Source of the DNA: Phycisphaerales bacterium
Lineage (GTDB): Bacteria > Planctomycetota > Phycisphaerae > WQYP01
Assembly: GCA_027451365.1 (NCBI GenBank)
Contig: DAIDJN010000056.1
Span: 98,924 to 162,923, forward strand
Direction: 5' to 3'
DNA: 64,000 bases
In this document: in pieces, positions 19,358 to 28,445 of the stretch
Layout of the letters: each line of letters begins with the position of its first letter
Position numbering within the stretch: the first letter of the stretch is position 1
The notes under the pieces: generated by a model
What the model saw: only the letters and a program-made list of their open reading frames with translations
Told to the model about the DNA's origin: nothing
Databases searched by the model: none
Program-made: the position numbers and the translations under genes

Positions 19358-20965
19358 ATGCGTCAATATCTGCGAAATCTGATGGTGTCGGCGGGGGCGA
19401 TGGCCCTGGGGCTGATTCTGACGGCGGGGAATTCCACCGCGGCGCACATCGCGCATGGTAAACTGCTTTTTAAATTGAATTTCACTGGGCCGATTGGCTC
19501 TCTTCCATCGCAAAAGATATGGAAATATGACACGGGCTGGGACCCCAATTGCGGCACGTATTACATAGACTCGGCTAAAACCATGGGAGTGGTGGCTGAC
19601 TCGCACGCCCAGAGCGGCAAGGCTCTGGCGATTCGCGTGGTGCCTTATCCCGGCAAGCCGGGCGCATTCCTTTCGGCGCGCATTACCACGTTTGCCAATC
19701 CTGCGTATCATGTCAAATATGGATATATAGAGGCACGTATAAAGGTTCCTGGCGGACCTGATGGTGCCGGTTCAGGATCGTGGCCGGCATTCTGGCTTCT
19801 GGGGACGAATTTTCCAAAAGTCGGCTGGCCCCAGTGCGGCGAGATTGACACCATGGAAAGCGCCGGCAATCGGCCCGGCACCGTTACCGGCACCATACAC
19901 GGTCCGGGCACAGGTGCTGGCGGCCCTTATTCCCTGCCCGCGGGAAAGGAATTCTGGCAGCATTACCATACATTCGCCGTTCAGTGGAGTCCGCTGGAAA
20001 TTGAGTTCCTTTGCGATGGTCATGTGTATGCCCTTTTTACCCCGGCGGACCAGAACAAGAATAGCTGGGTGTTTGACCATCCATTTTATATTATTCTCAA
20101 TGTGGCCGAGGGCGGGGCGTATGGCGGCGCTCCCAATGGAAATGCCATTTATCCGCAGACCATGCTCGTGGACTGGATTAAGGCCTATGCGTGGAAACTT
20201 GCTGTTCCCACCGCTGTTCACGCACGCGCGATTGGCAATGGTGGCGTTCATGTGTCGTGGATGGATACGGCCTTTGATGAAAGCGGTTTTGTTCTGCAGC
20301 GATCGACATCGCGCGATTTTAGCGAGGGTGTTCATACTCGGAAGCTTTCCGCATTGGCGGCCGGTTATACCGATTCGGCGCTGCCAGCAGATCAGAAGTG
20401 TTACTATCGAATAGCCGCAGTGGAAGGAAAGACACGGTCCGCATGGTCCGCAGTCGCGGCCGTCAATCCAGTTGCGGGAACTCCGTCAGCGGGCGGTCAG
20501 GTTTCCGATCATCCGGTTCTGGCTATTAATTGCGGCGGCCCGGCGGGAGATGGATTTATAGCGGATCGTTATCACTCAAAATCGGCGCACGACGCGCCCG
20601 ATAACCATCCGATTGCGCTGGCGCATGGCCTGCCAGCCATTCCGCAAAGCGTGTATCAATCCAATCGGTACGGTGGCTTTACGTACAGACTGCCCCACTT
20701 AAAGCCGCACGGCCATTATGTTCTGGAACTGAATTTTTCGGAAGGCTATTGGCGGGCACCACGTAAGCGGCTTTTTGCGGTATTCGCCAATGGCGTCCCG
20801 ATTTTAAATGACTTTGACATTTATGCCGCCGCCGGCGGACGGTTCAAGGCGGTGAATCGCAGGTTTCATCTGCGAGCCAATGCGCAGGGGCAGATTGATT
20901 TGCGGTTTGTATCGCAGCGCGACAATGCCCAAGTCAATGGCATTGAAGTGTATGCGGTTAAATAG
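19358..20965 (+). CDS. GH16 beta-glucanase (laminarinase-type), fibronectin type III domain, malectin-like domain
   Basis: ATG at 19358 with an AGGAG RBS; signal peptide. GH16 catalytic motif GEIDTME (E-x-D-x-x-E) with WPAFWLLG nearby; central FN3-like segment; C-terminal malectin/di-glucose-binding-like domain (...YRLPHLKPHGHYVLELNFSE...NGIEVYAVK). Confidence 0.85.
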   Translation: MRQYLRNLMVSAGAMALGLILTAGNSTAAHIAHGKLLFKLNFTGPIGSLPSQKIWKYDTGWDPNCGTYYIDSAKTMGVVADSHAQSGKALAIRVVPYPGKPGAFLSARITTFANPAYHVKYGYIEARIKVPGGPDGAGSGSWPAFWLLGTNFPKVGWPQCGEIDTMESAGNRPGTVTGTIHGPGTGAGGPYSLPAGKEFWQHYHTFAVQWSPLEIEFLCDGHVYALFTPADQNKNSWVFDHPFYIILNVAEGGAYGGAPNGNAIYPQTMLVDWIKAYAWKLAVPTAVHARAIGNGGVHVSWMDTAFDESGFVLQRSTSRDFSEGVHTRKLSALAAGYTDSALPADQKCYYRIAAVEGKTRSAWSAVAAVNPVAGTPSAGGQVSDHPVLAINCGGPAGDGFIADRYHSKSAHDAPDNHPIALAHGLPAIPQSVYQSNRYGGFTYRLPHLKPHGHYVLELNFSEGYWRAPRKRLFAVFANGVPILNDFDIYAAAGGRFKAVNRRFHLRANAQGQIDLRFVSQRDNAQVNGIEVYAVK

Positions 20966-21220
20966 GGCGGATTGCCAGCTTCCTTCAGGTGCTATCCGAC
21001 CACTCGCCAAAGACCCCCTGAGCGTTGTATGGAATGTCGGCGCGGTCATTGTCGCGGCAAAGCAATCGGCTTTTGGGAAAGCTTGCCCGCCGGAATTCCT
21101 TCCATTTAATCAATTTGTGCGCTATGTTTTTCATTTCCGATCAAAACCGGCGCACCCTTGAATCTTGTGAATTTATTATGCGGTTGACGCCTGATAACGG
21201 GCGCGTTACACCTTTTGTTT

Positions 21221-22441
21221 ATGGAAAATATACATGAAAAGCTGGCGGTCTGGCGAACCGGGCGGCATCTGCCCGGTCGCTGGAGCGGGATTGGCATTGC
21301 GGTCGTTTTGGTTCTTTTAATCGGTTGTCCGCGGCGCGGCGGAGCGGCTGTTCCCCAGAAAATCGCTGTGATACCAGCCGCAAAGACTGTGGCCAATATA
21401 TCCGCCAGACGGGCCGAGTGGTGGAAAATCTGGCACGAAAAGATGATGATCGATTATGAATTGCAGCGGCGCTTGGGGCCGGGGCAGCGGGCGCTGTTGT
21501 CCGCGGCATCCAGGCGGCGGGTGGCCGCCAAGGTCATTCCCATGACCTGGCGAGCTTACAAACTGAATCTTCAATTACTTAAGATCAGTTCTTCCCAACA
21601 GCGTCCGTTTGTACACGTTCTTCTACGGGAAGACCTGCTGATATTGAGCGTGCTTGGTGATGCAAAGGCCAAGGCGATATTGAACATAAATGCCGCATCG
21701 GCCAATCCTGCCAAAGCACAGGACGGGCGCGTGGTGCTTCTAATTTATCAATTGTATCTGGCCTGGCATCATGAAAAGAAGGTCTTCGCGATTTTGCGGG
21801 AATTTGAAAAGCTCGCCCTTGCACATCCAACAAGCGTTGATATCAGCACTACTCTTTCTTCCATTACCAACAGCCCGCCGCGATTGCCCACGCAGGCTGA
21901 AAGGCGATTTGTGCGGCACGTGCTTTTGAATGTGATGCCGAAAACTCTCGCGGCCCGCATGCTGGCGCAAGACAATGCCTCGCGGCAAAAGCTGCTGGCC
22001 ATGGTGGGTAAGCCTTTGAATCTGCAAACCCGATCGTTGACGGGTGACCGGTTGAATACCGCCCGCTGGCGCGGCAGAGTGCTGGTCGTATGCGTCTGGT
22101 TTCGCCTGAACCAGCTTGTCGCGATGCAGCCTTTTTACGATAAATTTCATGCCCGCGGATTGTCCATGGTCGGCATTCCAATGTGGCAGAATTTTGAACA
22201 GATCGGGCAGACCATGATGACCCATCCGCATATAACCTGGCTTCAGACGCGCATTATCCATAAGGTCGCAGGTGACGGACTGCTATTCGGTGCGATTCCA
22301 TTTGTGAATGTCGGTAATCGTTGGCAGGACTATGAAATAATTTGCGACAGGCGAGGCATCGTACGATTTGTGGTTTTCCACGGCAGCGGCGGTATGCCTG
22401 CGGAGGACATAAAGAAACTGCTGGCGGACAGGCCGCATTGA
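21221..22441 (+). CDS. membrane-anchored protein with a C-terminal TlpA-like thioredoxin fold lacking the CXXC motif
   Basis: N-terminal TM IGIAVVLVLLIGC; the C-terminal 120 aa have redoxin topology (GRVLVVCVWF-RLNQ...IPFVNVGNRWQD...) but WCxxC is replaced by VWFRLNQ. The track start at 21215 is TTG; ATG at 21221. Confidence 0.5.
   Translation: MENIHEKLAVWRTGRHLPGRWSGIGIAVVLVLLIGCPRRGGAAVPQKIAVIPAAKTVANISARRAEWWKIWHEKMMIDYELQRRLGPGQRALLSAASRRRVAAKVIPMTWRAYKLNLQLLKISSSQQRPFVHVLLREDLLILSVLGDAKAKAILNINAASANPAKAQDGRVVLLIYQLYLAWHHEKKVFAILREFEKLALAHPTSVDISTTLSSITNSPPRLPTQAERRFVRHVLLNVMPKTLAARMLAQDNASRQKLLAMVGKPLNLQTRSLTGDRLNTARWRGRVLVVCVWFRLNQLVAMQPFYDKFHARGLSMVGIPMWQNFEQIGQTMMTHPHITWLQTRIIHKVAGDGLLFGAIPFVNVGNRWQDYEIICDRRGIVRFVVFHGSGGMPAEDIKKLLADRPH
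22040..22441 (+). repeat. direct repeat copy 1 (3' end of the TlpA-like gene)
   Basis: About 400 bp with roughly 85-90% nucleotide identity (by eye) to 33500..33904, same orientation, 11.4 kb apart. Confidence 0.8.
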
Positions 22442-22877
22442 TACGGCATCCCTGACTTTCGGGACCATCTGGACAGGGTCCGGCATAGCGCAGTCCGATA
22501 TCACTGCCGCCTTTTGCAATTTTTTAAATAGCGTTGTGGGCCTTGGTGGATTCAACTGATTCCATCACATCCACAGTAGATTGACTTGGGGCCGAATGTC
22601 CCGCGCGTCATGCGCCATGCCGCAACTTGCCAACGTTCAGTATTGTTCCATTTTATACCACGACCGATAAATCCGGCTTCTTCCTTGGATTTGCCCAGCG
22701 GTTGACCGGCTCAGGCGGATAAATTCACGTCCGATTTTGGGCCGACCGATAAACAGGACGGGTGGTATCTCGTTATAGAGACTGCCTGATACGTATCGCT
22801 GGTGCGCCGCCCTGGCGGATTCAGTGTCAAAGCCGAATGAAAGGGGATAATTCGGCTGGCCAAACAGGAGCAGTTGC

Positions 22878-23825
22878 ATGCCGACGAAATTAAAATCTGC
22901 GGAATGGCGCACACCCTGGCGCAATACTTGGGGCGTTGCCCCTTCTATGCGTGCCTTGGGCCCGCGGCGTGTTCAGGGTCGTGGTTTTACCCTGGTGGAA
23001 CTTCTTGTGGTGATTTCCATCATTGCTCTTTTAATAGCCATCCTCTTACCTGCGCTGGCCAGAGCCAAAGCATTGGCGTATAGCATTCAATGTTCCGCGA
23101 ATCTTCGTGCCATCGGTCAGATCAATGCCGAGTATGTGAGCACATACAGCGGCAGTCTGCCTTTTGGCATGGATACCTACGGTCCCGGACCGAATGAATA
23201 TGATTCACTGCTTTTCAGTTATTATATTGATGTTCAACCGAACATCTTCTGGAACAACAGGGGGTCCAATAAGGACTGGGAACAAAAATATGTCGCGTTC
23301 TTCTGGTGTCCATCTCGCGTATTGGCCATGCAGAATCCTTGGGGCATGAATTATGCGTGCAACCCAAATTATTTTGTTGCCAACAAAGGCGGAAATACCA
23401 CTTTTCGCGATTCCGATGTGGCTGACCCGGCTGAAGCCGCAGGCGTAGGAGATGCAAATCAGGCCTTCGGAGATGGTGGATCCTGGATGACGTTTGACTG
23501 GCAGCAGACCGGAGCAGCGTCACCATATATTAATGATCAGAGCTATCTTGTTCCGCCGAATGGCCTTTCAGGCGGTGATACGGCCAATGTGGATGCGGGA
23601 CCCAATTTTGTATTTGGCACGGGGCTTCGTTATCGCCACAATCTATTTGCGGCGAACAGTGGGAATGGAAATGTCGTGTTCCTGGACGATCACGTGGAAA
23701 GTCTGAATTTTAATGACAACACCCCAGGCGCGCCCGTAGGAGCCGCAGGTACGATCGGTAATGATTTAACATTAACTATTCAAAACATTTACAATCCATT
23801 GTTGCCTGCCAGCACGCAACAGTGA
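22878..23825 (+). CDS. DUF1559 (H-X9-DG) protein with prepilin-type N-terminal domain (paralog of 15890..16654)
   Basis: AGGAG RBS before ATG at 22878; GFTLVELLVVISIIALLIAILLPAL; C-terminal NVVFLDDHVESL H-X9-DG motif; shared FFWCPSR and NPWG(L/M)NYA motifs. Confidence 0.85.
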   Translation: MPTKLKSAEWRTPWRNTWGVAPSMRALGPRRVQGRGFTLVELLVVISIIALLIAILLPALARAKALAYSIQCSANLRAIGQINAEYVSTYSGSLPFGMDTYGPGPNEYDSLLFSYYIDVQPNIFWNNRGSNKDWEQKYVAFFWCPSRVLAMQNPWGMNYACNPNYFVANKGGNTTFRDSDVADPAEAAGVGDANQAFGDGGSWMTFDWQQTGAASPYINDQSYLVPPNGLSGGDTANVDAGPNFVFGTGLRYRHNLFAANSGNGNVVFLDDHVESLNFNDNTPGAPVGAAGTIGNDLTLTIQNIYNPLLPASTQQ

Positions 23826-23887
23826 TCTGACACCACATCGTTCCGCCCGGTGAAGTGAATGGTTAAATGGCTCATTGGCAACGCCGC

Positions 23888-24550
23888 TTATTTGCGCACA
23901 ATAAACTTGCCGTACATGCCGGCCTTGGCGTGGGCGGGCATTTGACACAGGTAATAATACGTGCCGGCCTTCTTGCAGGTGAATGTAACGGTGGAAACCC
24001 AATAGCTGGATTGTTTTATATTGCTTCCAGTGCGCGGCATCATCAGCGGAATGCTGGTCAGTTGCCCGGGCAGCGGAAGCGTCATGACGCCGCCGTAAGG
24101 TGGGGCCTTTGTACCAATGGCGATTCCGTGAATCATGCCCGGGCCGTAGTCCATATTCACCAGAGTAAGTCGGATCACCGAGCCTGCCGGCACGCTTATC
24201 GTTGGGTCCACCAGCTTGTGGACTTCATACGTGGTATCCGGAAAGCCTGGTTCCACGGCCACAAAAACCAGGTGTATTTTCCGGCCCGTGAACGTGACCA
24301 ATTTTGCGGACTTATTCGCCGTTCCGGTGGTATCGTCATGCTTCACCAGCGGAGCGACCTTGGCCCAAGGTAACAAAACCTGTCCTTCGGTCGGCTTGAC
24401 CTTCATATGCATGCCCGGCATGTTGCCCATTCCGGGCATGTTTCCCATGCCGCCCCGCACCTGCGATGGCGCGGCGAATTGAATGCCGACAGCGAACAAC
24501 AGGGCGGCGAGGCCAGCGGATAAGATTGCGGGTTGAGAAATGCGCTTCAT
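23888..24550 (-). CDS. cupredoxin-like type-1 (blue) copper protein with N-terminal Met-rich motif
   Basis: Start refined to ATG at 24550 (GGAG RBS); signal peptide; MGNMPGMGNMPGMHMK Met-rich repeat; C-terminal copper ligands CQMPAHAKAGMYGKF (Cys-x3-His-x4-Met) with an upstream His. Confidence 0.8.
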   Translation of the reverse strand: MKRISQPAILSAGLAALLFAVGIQFAAPSQVRGGMGNMPGMGNMPGMHMKVKPTEGQVLLPWAKVAPLVKHDDTTGTANKSAKLVTFTGRKIHLVFVAVEPGFPDTTYEVHKLVDPTISVPAGSVIRLTLVNMDYGPGMIHGIAIGTKAPPYGGVMTLPLPGQLTSIPLMMPRTGSNIKQSSYWVSTVTFTCKKAGTYYYLCQMPAHAKAGMYGKFIVRK

Positions 24551-24614
24551 GACATGACTCCAGTACGGGTTCTTACGACAAACCACCACAATGTTGCAGA
24601 AAAATCCCATGCAT

Positions 24615-26075
24615 TTAATACTCCGGTTTCGCGGCCGGGCTTGACGGGCCGGGAATGGGAACCGGCGTCTGGCCGGGATTGATACCGTCGCGCTGCATGT
24701 TGGCGGCGGTGGCGTTTAATGCCAGTTCACCGGGTGGATTCTGATACCAGCCGGGATCATTGTAGGTTGTAATGCCATCCCGAACTTTAAGAATCGTGAA
24801 CATGCCGCCCATATCAATCAGGCCGTGCGGGCCTTTTCCACCCAGCATGGGCGTGCTGTTGGGTATGCTGGGCATACCCATGGTCATGCCCATGCCATTC
24901 TGCCCCATGGTCATGTAATCGGGCAGAAGCTTTCGCATTTTATGGCCCAGGGTTCCCGGTTTTACACCAATCATGTTGGGGAAGTTATGGCCCATCTGCG
25001 TCATGGCATGGTGTGTCATGTGGCAGTGCATGGCCCAGTCCCCCGGATTACTGGCCACAAATTCCACCGTTCGCGTGGTACCTACCGGTACCAGAACGGT
25101 GGTGGCCGGCTGCCAGGCGCTGCGCGGATATTCGCCGCCATCACTGGCCACAATTTGAAACGAATAGTTATGAAGATGAATTGGGTGATGATCCATGGGG
25201 CCAAGATTTCCCAGGCGGATGCGTACCCGCTGGCCAGTGCGAACCACCAGCGGATGCGTCGCCGGAAAGGATTTTGCGTTCATGGTAAATACGTTAAAAT
25301 CCGTCATTTCCAGCGGGTTCGGCCGGTAAGCGCCCGGGTCAATCCGCCATTCATGAAGCATGATTGCGAAATCCCGGTCTACCGCACGGTCCGGGGCCGG
25401 CGTGCGCGGATGAATAATAAACAGCCCCGTCATGCCCAGGCCGATCTGCGTCATTTCATCAAAATGGGAATGAAACATTTTGGTGCCATGGTCCACCAGA
25501 TTAAATTCATACATATATGTTTCACCCGGCGGAATGGCCTTTTGTGTCAGCCCGGCCATGCCGTCCATGCCGCAGGGCACATACACGCCGTGCCAGTGTG
25601 TGGTGGTGGCCTCCGGAAGCCGATTGGTGACATAGATTCGCACCCGTTCACCCTGCACCGCTTCAAGTACCGGATGAATCATGCCATTGTATCCCCAGCA
25701 TAAAGCCTTAAGCCCGGGGCAGAATTCATTCCACACTTCCATGGCCACCAGATGAAACACTTTCACACCATTTACAATTTTCCATGGAATGGTGCCGGAA
25801 TTGGGGGATTCCACTGGTATATAATCCCGGCCCGGCAGGCCGGGCGCAAGAGGCCTGGCGTAGAGAGCTTTACGCAAATCTGCTGTGTCCGGCAGGCCGG
25901 TGGAATGATCCGGCGAGTCGGCGTGTGCCGCTTCAACTGCCGCGCCAGCGGTCTGGCCACCGGTGCCCGAACCCAGCATGGCTGCGGCGGCACCAGCCGC
26001 CACTCCGGATGCCAGCAGATTGCGACGGGATAATCCAGAACGTATGGAAGTTGTGTGGGACATATCTTGTGGCAT
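24615..26075 (-). CDS. multicopper oxidase (CopA/PcoA-like), Tat-exported
   Basis: Tat signal SRRNLLASGVAAGAAAAM; copper-centre motifs HWHGVYV, HPIHLHNYSF, HCHMTHHAMTQMGH; Met-rich segments MGMTMGMPSIPNSTPMLG; AAGGAAA RBS. Confidence 0.9.
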   Translation of the reverse strand: MPQDMSHTTSIRSGLSRRNLLASGVAAGAAAAMLGSGTGGQTAGAAVEAAHADSPDHSTGLPDTADLRKALYARPLAPGLPGRDYIPVESPNSGTIPWKIVNGVKVFHLVAMEVWNEFCPGLKALCWGYNGMIHPVLEAVQGERVRIYVTNRLPEATTTHWHGVYVPCGMDGMAGLTQKAIPPGETYMYEFNLVDHGTKMFHSHFDEMTQIGLGMTGLFIIHPRTPAPDRAVDRDFAIMLHEWRIDPGAYRPNPLEMTDFNVFTMNAKSFPATHPLVVRTGQRVRIRLGNLGPMDHHPIHLHNYSFQIVASDGGEYPRSAWQPATTVLVPVGTTRTVEFVASNPGDWAMHCHMTHHAMTQMGHNFPNMIGVKPGTLGHKMRKLLPDYMTMGQNGMGMTMGMPSIPNSTPMLGGKGPHGLIDMGGMFTILKVRDGITTYNDPGWYQNPPGELALNATAANMQRDGINPGQTPVPIPGPSSPAAKPEY

Positions 26076-26086
26076 ATACGGTTTCC

Positions 26087-27583
26087 TTATTCACGAGATT
26101 TGGTTGTCTTGGTTCCGATCGGTTTGTGTGTCTGGGGCAATTTAAGGATTTGCGCGGCTGCCGGAAGCCGCCCGCCAATGGCGCTTTCCAATGCTGCTCT
26201 GGCCATCCAATACTGGCCGGCCGCCTGCACGGCCTTGTGCTCTGCCCGAATTTCATTTTGCCGGGCCAGCAGCAATGGATATGGCCCGGCGTACATGCCG
26301 TTGTAGGACAGTTGGGTTTCTTGCAATATTCTCTGGCGCAGCGGCACCAGAATATTGCGGAAAAAAATGGCGGTATGACGGGCCGCGACCAATTTCACCC
26401 AACGGCGGCGCACGGTTGCCCGCACGTTGACAGCTATTGCGTCAATTTTTCTGCAATCAGCCAGAAATCTGGCCCGCGCGCGGGCAATGGCCGGCTGGCC
26501 CTGATTAAATATGGGCAGCGGAATGGAAATGGCCGGCCCTAGGGTGCCTGCCACATCGGGATCGCGCACATAATTTAAGCCTACTGTTGCGCCAGACATG
26601 ACGCCGGCGGCACCCGCCATTTTCAGCGTGCTCGCCGCCGCAAGCAGTCGGAAACGGGCTGCGCGAATCGCCAGACTTTGCCGAATAGCCAATGATTCCA
26701 GTCCGGCCAACTTCGGATCAACCATGGGCACCGGTGGCAGTTGCGGCTTTATCCGCCAGGAGTCCCGCGGTCCCCACAGGCCCATCAGTGCCGTTAGCGT
26801 CTGGCGATCTTCCAGCATTCTGGCGCCGGCATTGGCGTATGCGAGCCGGGCCTCCTGGTATACATCCAGCTTCTGGTCGTAGGGAAGTTGTGCAATATTC
26901 CCGGCCTCCCGCAGATGGCGGGCAAATATCGCGCTGTCGTGCGCAGCGGCCCTGACCTGCTTATCCAATTGCCACAGTTGCTCGTCCATCTGTACCTGAT
27001 AAAAGGCGGCTTTTACTTTGGCCGCCAGTTGCATGACATCCGCGGCCACGTCAGCTTTTTGTGCGGCAAATGCCGCTTTGGCAATGCGCTTCCGCGCGCT
27101 TAGGAACAGCAGGTCAAGAAATGTCTGGTCTACACTTGCGTCCCACCCGTGGTAAGGTCGCGCCGGAAACCGAAGGTCGAAAGAAAACACCGGATTTTTC
27201 AACAGGCCTGCCTGTACCAGATTTGCTTCGGAAACGCCCAGCTTCTGGTAATCCGCCTGCAATGCCGGACTGTTGAGCAGGGCGATTTGCACCGCCGCCC
27301 CCGCCGAGAGGTTGTGGGACAACAGCCCGGTGACCGCGGCACGAATCTTCTTATCCGCCCGGGCACTGTCATTCCAGATAACCTGCCGACCCGTGCGATG
27401 GCGTATCGCGCTGGCCAGTGAATGAAATCCCGGTCGCGGTGGCACCGTTGCGCAGCCCGCCAGCAGCAGCCCGCTGATAGCCATGGCTGCCTGCGTGATG
27501 CGCCGCCCGTGCCGGCGAGGCCATTGCCTGGCGGCTTTGCATATCGTGGTCAGTAAAAATGACGAATTGGATTGTGTTATCAC
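26087..27583 (-). CDS. outer membrane efflux protein (TolC/CusC-like OMF lipoprotein)
   Basis: GTG start overlapping the upstream stop (GTGA). Lipobox MAISGLLLAGC; two-repeat OEP architecture with long coiled-coil-like segments. Confidence 0.7.
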   Translation of the reverse strand: MITQSNSSFLLTTICKAARQWPRRHGRRITQAAMAISGLLLAGCATVPPRPGFHSLASAIRHRTGRQVIWNDSARADKKIRAAVTGLLSHNLSAGAAVQIALLNSPALQADYQKLGVSEANLVQAGLLKNPVFSFDLRFPARPYHGWDASVDQTFLDLLFLSARKRIAKAAFAAQKADVAADVMQLAAKVKAAFYQVQMDEQLWQLDKQVRAAAHDSAIFARHLREAGNIAQLPYDQKLDVYQEARLAYANAGARMLEDRQTLTALMGLWGPRDSWRIKPQLPPVPMVDPKLAGLESLAIRQSLAIRAARFRLLAAASTLKMAGAAGVMSGATVGLNYVRDPDVAGTLGPAISIPLPIFNQGQPAIARARARFLADCRKIDAIAVNVRATVRRRWVKLVAARHTAIFFRNILVPLRQRILQETQLSYNGMYAGPYPLLLARQNEIRAEHKAVQAAGQYWMARAALESAIGGRLPAAAQILKLPQTHKPIGTKTTKSRE

Positions 27584-27939
27584 TGAGGGCCTCCCTTCAT
27601 GTTCATGCCCGGCATGGAACCGATATTCATTTGGGGCGTGGATGTGATGTTTCCGGGCTGTCCGGCTTTTGTCGGTACGCCAGAAGTCTTGCCGGCCGCG
27701 GACGGAGGTTTTTGTAAAATAGCCACCGGTGGCTCAGCAATTTGCTTATTGGGATGTGCCACATTCAGGAAACCCGTCGCCGGAATTGCCGGACCGGGCG
27801 TGGCCTGCGGATCAGCCGGACCTGCCAAAGCCGCTCTTTCCGTATTGCTTAAGTGGTTGTCGCCTCCCGATTGACTACAGCCTGTCACCGGCAGACATGC
27901 GGCGCACAAAAGTGCTGGAATAATATACCGTGATTGCAT
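27580..27939 (-). CDS. small Met-rich periplasmic lipoprotein (putative Cu(I)-binding)
   Basis: ATG at 27939 with a GAGG RBS (the track start at 28008 is TTG); lipobox LLCAACLPVTGC; C-terminal MNIGSMPGMNMKG Met-rich motif; its stop overlaps the OMF start. Confidence 0.55.
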   Translation of the reverse strand: MQSRYIIPALLCAACLPVTGCSQSGGDNHLSNTERAALAGPADPQATPGPAIPATGFLNVAHPNKQIAEPPVAILQKPPSAAGKTSGVPTKAGQPGNITSTPQMNIGSMPGMNMKGGPQ

Positions 27940-28445
27940 ACAGCCTCGCGGAAAAACTGCGGAAAAAAATGCGTTACAGTCGCCGGCGCGAACCGGCGGA
28001 AAAAACAAAGTGTGCGCCCCGAATGTATCAGATAATCAGTGCGCAGTGCTGCGACAACAGCGATTGCCGCTGGCGAGCGGTCAATGGAAGCGCGGGAGTC
28101 GCCCCACGCGCTTGTGAAATGGCAGAAATGTTTTTCAAGCGGTCATGGGTCAGCCACGTCAAAAGACTCGGCGCGGTCGGAGGGGCAATTTCAATTTTGC
28201 GGATGGACAGTGTGCGCGCAACCAGTTGATGGCAATCACAGTCTGGAACGCCGCTGCGCCATGCCGGGATTGACCCGACAGTTGAATTGCCAGCGATTAT
28301 TTCATGGTTGGAACGGGCGACCGAAGCGTGGCAGCGGCAGCGATTGAACCCAAGTCCAAACGACAGGCACAATGCCGTGATCAGAATGTATTTAAGCGCA
28401 GCGCACATGAAGAAAGTGTAGAAACGGCGCTGTGGATTGTCAAAT

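Noticed and set aside
22663-22752. 11-bp direct repeat CGACCGATAAA (x2, 79 bp apart) upstream of the second DUF1559 gene
   Set aside because: It is too short and low in copy number to distinguish from chance; mentioned only as a possible binding-site pair.
24825-25703. 292-aa + ORF
   Set aside because: It is antisense to the multicopper oxidase; its His-rich appearance is a mirror artefact.
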